Positions 1-627 of a stretch of DNA of 627 nt are shown piece after piece. Position 1 is the stretch's first letter, and each line of letters begins with the position of its first letter. The DNA comes from a phage: sequence record DQ006816.1; one strand, 5' to 3'. The position numbers and the translations under genes were made by a program. Under the pieces are notes generated by a model. That model was not told the origin of the DNA. It worked only from the letters and a program-made list of their open reading frames with translations, and ran no database searches.

Positions 1-24
1 TATTTACTGAGTATAAGAGGACAT
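1..24 (+). other. Partial 5' leader (untranslated region) of a Qβ-like ssRNA phage genome, plus-sense strand shown as cDNA
   Basis: Sequence immediately upstream of the A2 start codon; 'ACTGAGTATAAGAGGACATATGCC' matches my recollection of the Qβ 5' leader/A2 initiation region. The window appears to begin a few tens of nt inside the genome, so the 5'-terminal hairpin is not included. Confidence 0.75.
15..21 (+). promoter_or_regulatory. Shine-Dalgarno / ribosome-binding site for the A2 cistron
   Basis: AAGAGGA at 15-21 is purine-rich and complementary to the 16S rRNA 3' end; it lies 3 nt upstream of the ATG at 25-27. The spacer is short but within the working range. Confidence 0.7.
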
Positions 25-627
25 ATGCCTAAATTACCACGTGGTCTACGTTTCGGAGCCGATAATGAAATTCTTAATGATTTTCAAGAGCTCTGGTTTC
101 CAGATCTCTTTATCGAATCTTCCGACACGCATCCGTGGTACACACTGAAAGGTCGAGTGTTGAACGCTCACATGGATGACTACTTACCTAATGTAAGCGG
201 TCGCCAAGTAAGGCGTACTCCACATCGTGTTACTGTTCCGATTGCCTCTACAGGCCTTCGTCCAGTAACAACCGTTCAGTATGATCCCGCAGCACTATCG
301 TTCTTATTGAACGCTCGTGTTGATTGGGATTTCGGTAATGGCGACAGTGCGGACCTTGTCATAAAAGACTTTGTTTTCCGTACCTTTGCACCTAAGGACT
401 TCGATTTCTCGAATTCCTTAGCTCCTCGTTATACCCAGGCCTTCTCCGCCTTTAATGCCAAATATGGCGTTATGATCGGTGAAGGGCTCGAGACTATAAA
501 ATATCTCGGGCTTTTACTGCGCAGACTGCGTGAGGGTTACCGTGCTGTTAAGCGCGGCGATTTACGTGCTCTTCGCAGGGTTATCCAGTCTTACCATAAA
601 GGTAAGTGGAAACCGGCTCTGCTGGAA
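25..627 (+). CDS. A2: Maturation/lysis protein A2 of a Qβ-like leviphage, N-terminal 201 codons; 3' end truncated by the window boundary
   Basis: ATG at 25 with an upstream SD; open frame with no stop through position 627, checked codon by codon. The translation MPKLPRGLRFGADNEILNDFQELWFPDLFIESSDTHPWYTLKGRVLNAH...YTQAFSAFNAKYG.MIGEGLETIKYLGLLLRRLREGYRAVKRGDLRALRRVIQSYH.GKWKP matches the Qβ A2 N-terminus as I recall it at about 94-95% identity. The match is recall-based, not a search result. Confidence 0.92.
   Translation, partial: MPKLPRGLRFGADNEILNDFQELWFPDLFIESSDTHPWYTLKGRVLNAHMDDYLPNVSGRQVRRTPHRVTVPIASTGLRPVTTVQYDPAALSFLLNARVDWDFGNGDSADLVIKDFVFRTFAPKDFDFSNSLAPRYTQAFSAFNAKYGVMIGEGLETIKYLGLLLRRLREGYRAVKRGDLRALRRVIQSYHKGKWKPALLE

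Noticed and set aside
172-474. Internal in-frame ATG codons (172-174 and 472-474) as alternative starts
   Set aside because: No Shine-Dalgarno-like purine run lies upstream of either. They are ordinary internal Met codons within the continuous A2 frame.
22-492. Cluster of 6-bp palindromic restriction sites (CATATG 22-27 on the start codon, GAGCTC 88-93, AGATCT 102-107, GAATTC 411-416, CTCGAG 487-492) suggesting an engineered cloning construct
   Set aside because: About ten palindromic hexamers are expected by chance in ~620 bp, and CATATG at the A2 start is, as I recall, native to Qβ. The count gives no evidence of engineering; only flanking vector sequence could show that.
37-524. Self-complementary octamers CCACGTGG (37-44) and CTGCGCAG (517-524) as possible operator or protein-binding sites
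   Set aside because: They are short, lie inside the coding sequence, and are expected at low frequency by chance. The genome is RNA with no dsDNA stage for such sites to act in, and they have no loop so cannot form a hairpin alone.
1-627. A novel or undescribed biological system (for example a defence system or new gene family) in this window
   Set aside because: The whole window is accounted for by a single well-characterised gene, the 5' leader plus the N-terminal part of the Qβ-type A2 maturation protein, at high similarity. Nothing is left unexplained.
1-627. Possible ORFs on the reverse-complement strand
   Set aside because: A leviphage genome is plus-sense ssRNA and the minus strand is only a replication intermediate that is not translated. 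Any minus-strand ORF here would be a chance occurrence opposite a strongly supported + strand CDS.

Overview
The window reads as the DNA (cDNA) copy of the 5' end of a Qβ-like ssRNA coliphage genome (Allolevivirus/Qubevirus type), not an undescribed system. It holds about 24 nt of the 5' leader with a Shine-Dalgarno motif, then one uninterrupted + strand ORF from the ATG at 25 to the window end (201 codons, no stop). The translation (MPKLPRGLRFGADNEILNDFQELWFPDLFIESSDTHPWYTLKGRV...RALRRVIQSYHKGKWKPALLE) matches my recollection of the N-terminal part of the Qβ maturation/lysis protein A2, which binds the F-pilus and inhibits MurA. Both the leader and the coding nucleotides closely resemble the Qβ reference as I remember it, with roughly a dozen amino-acid differences and some synonymous changes, so this is probably a variant or close relative rather than the reference isolate. 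All identity claims rest on recall, not a database search. I see no rRNA, tRNA, CRISPR, mobile element or other cellular feature, and I cannot support any novel system from this sequence.
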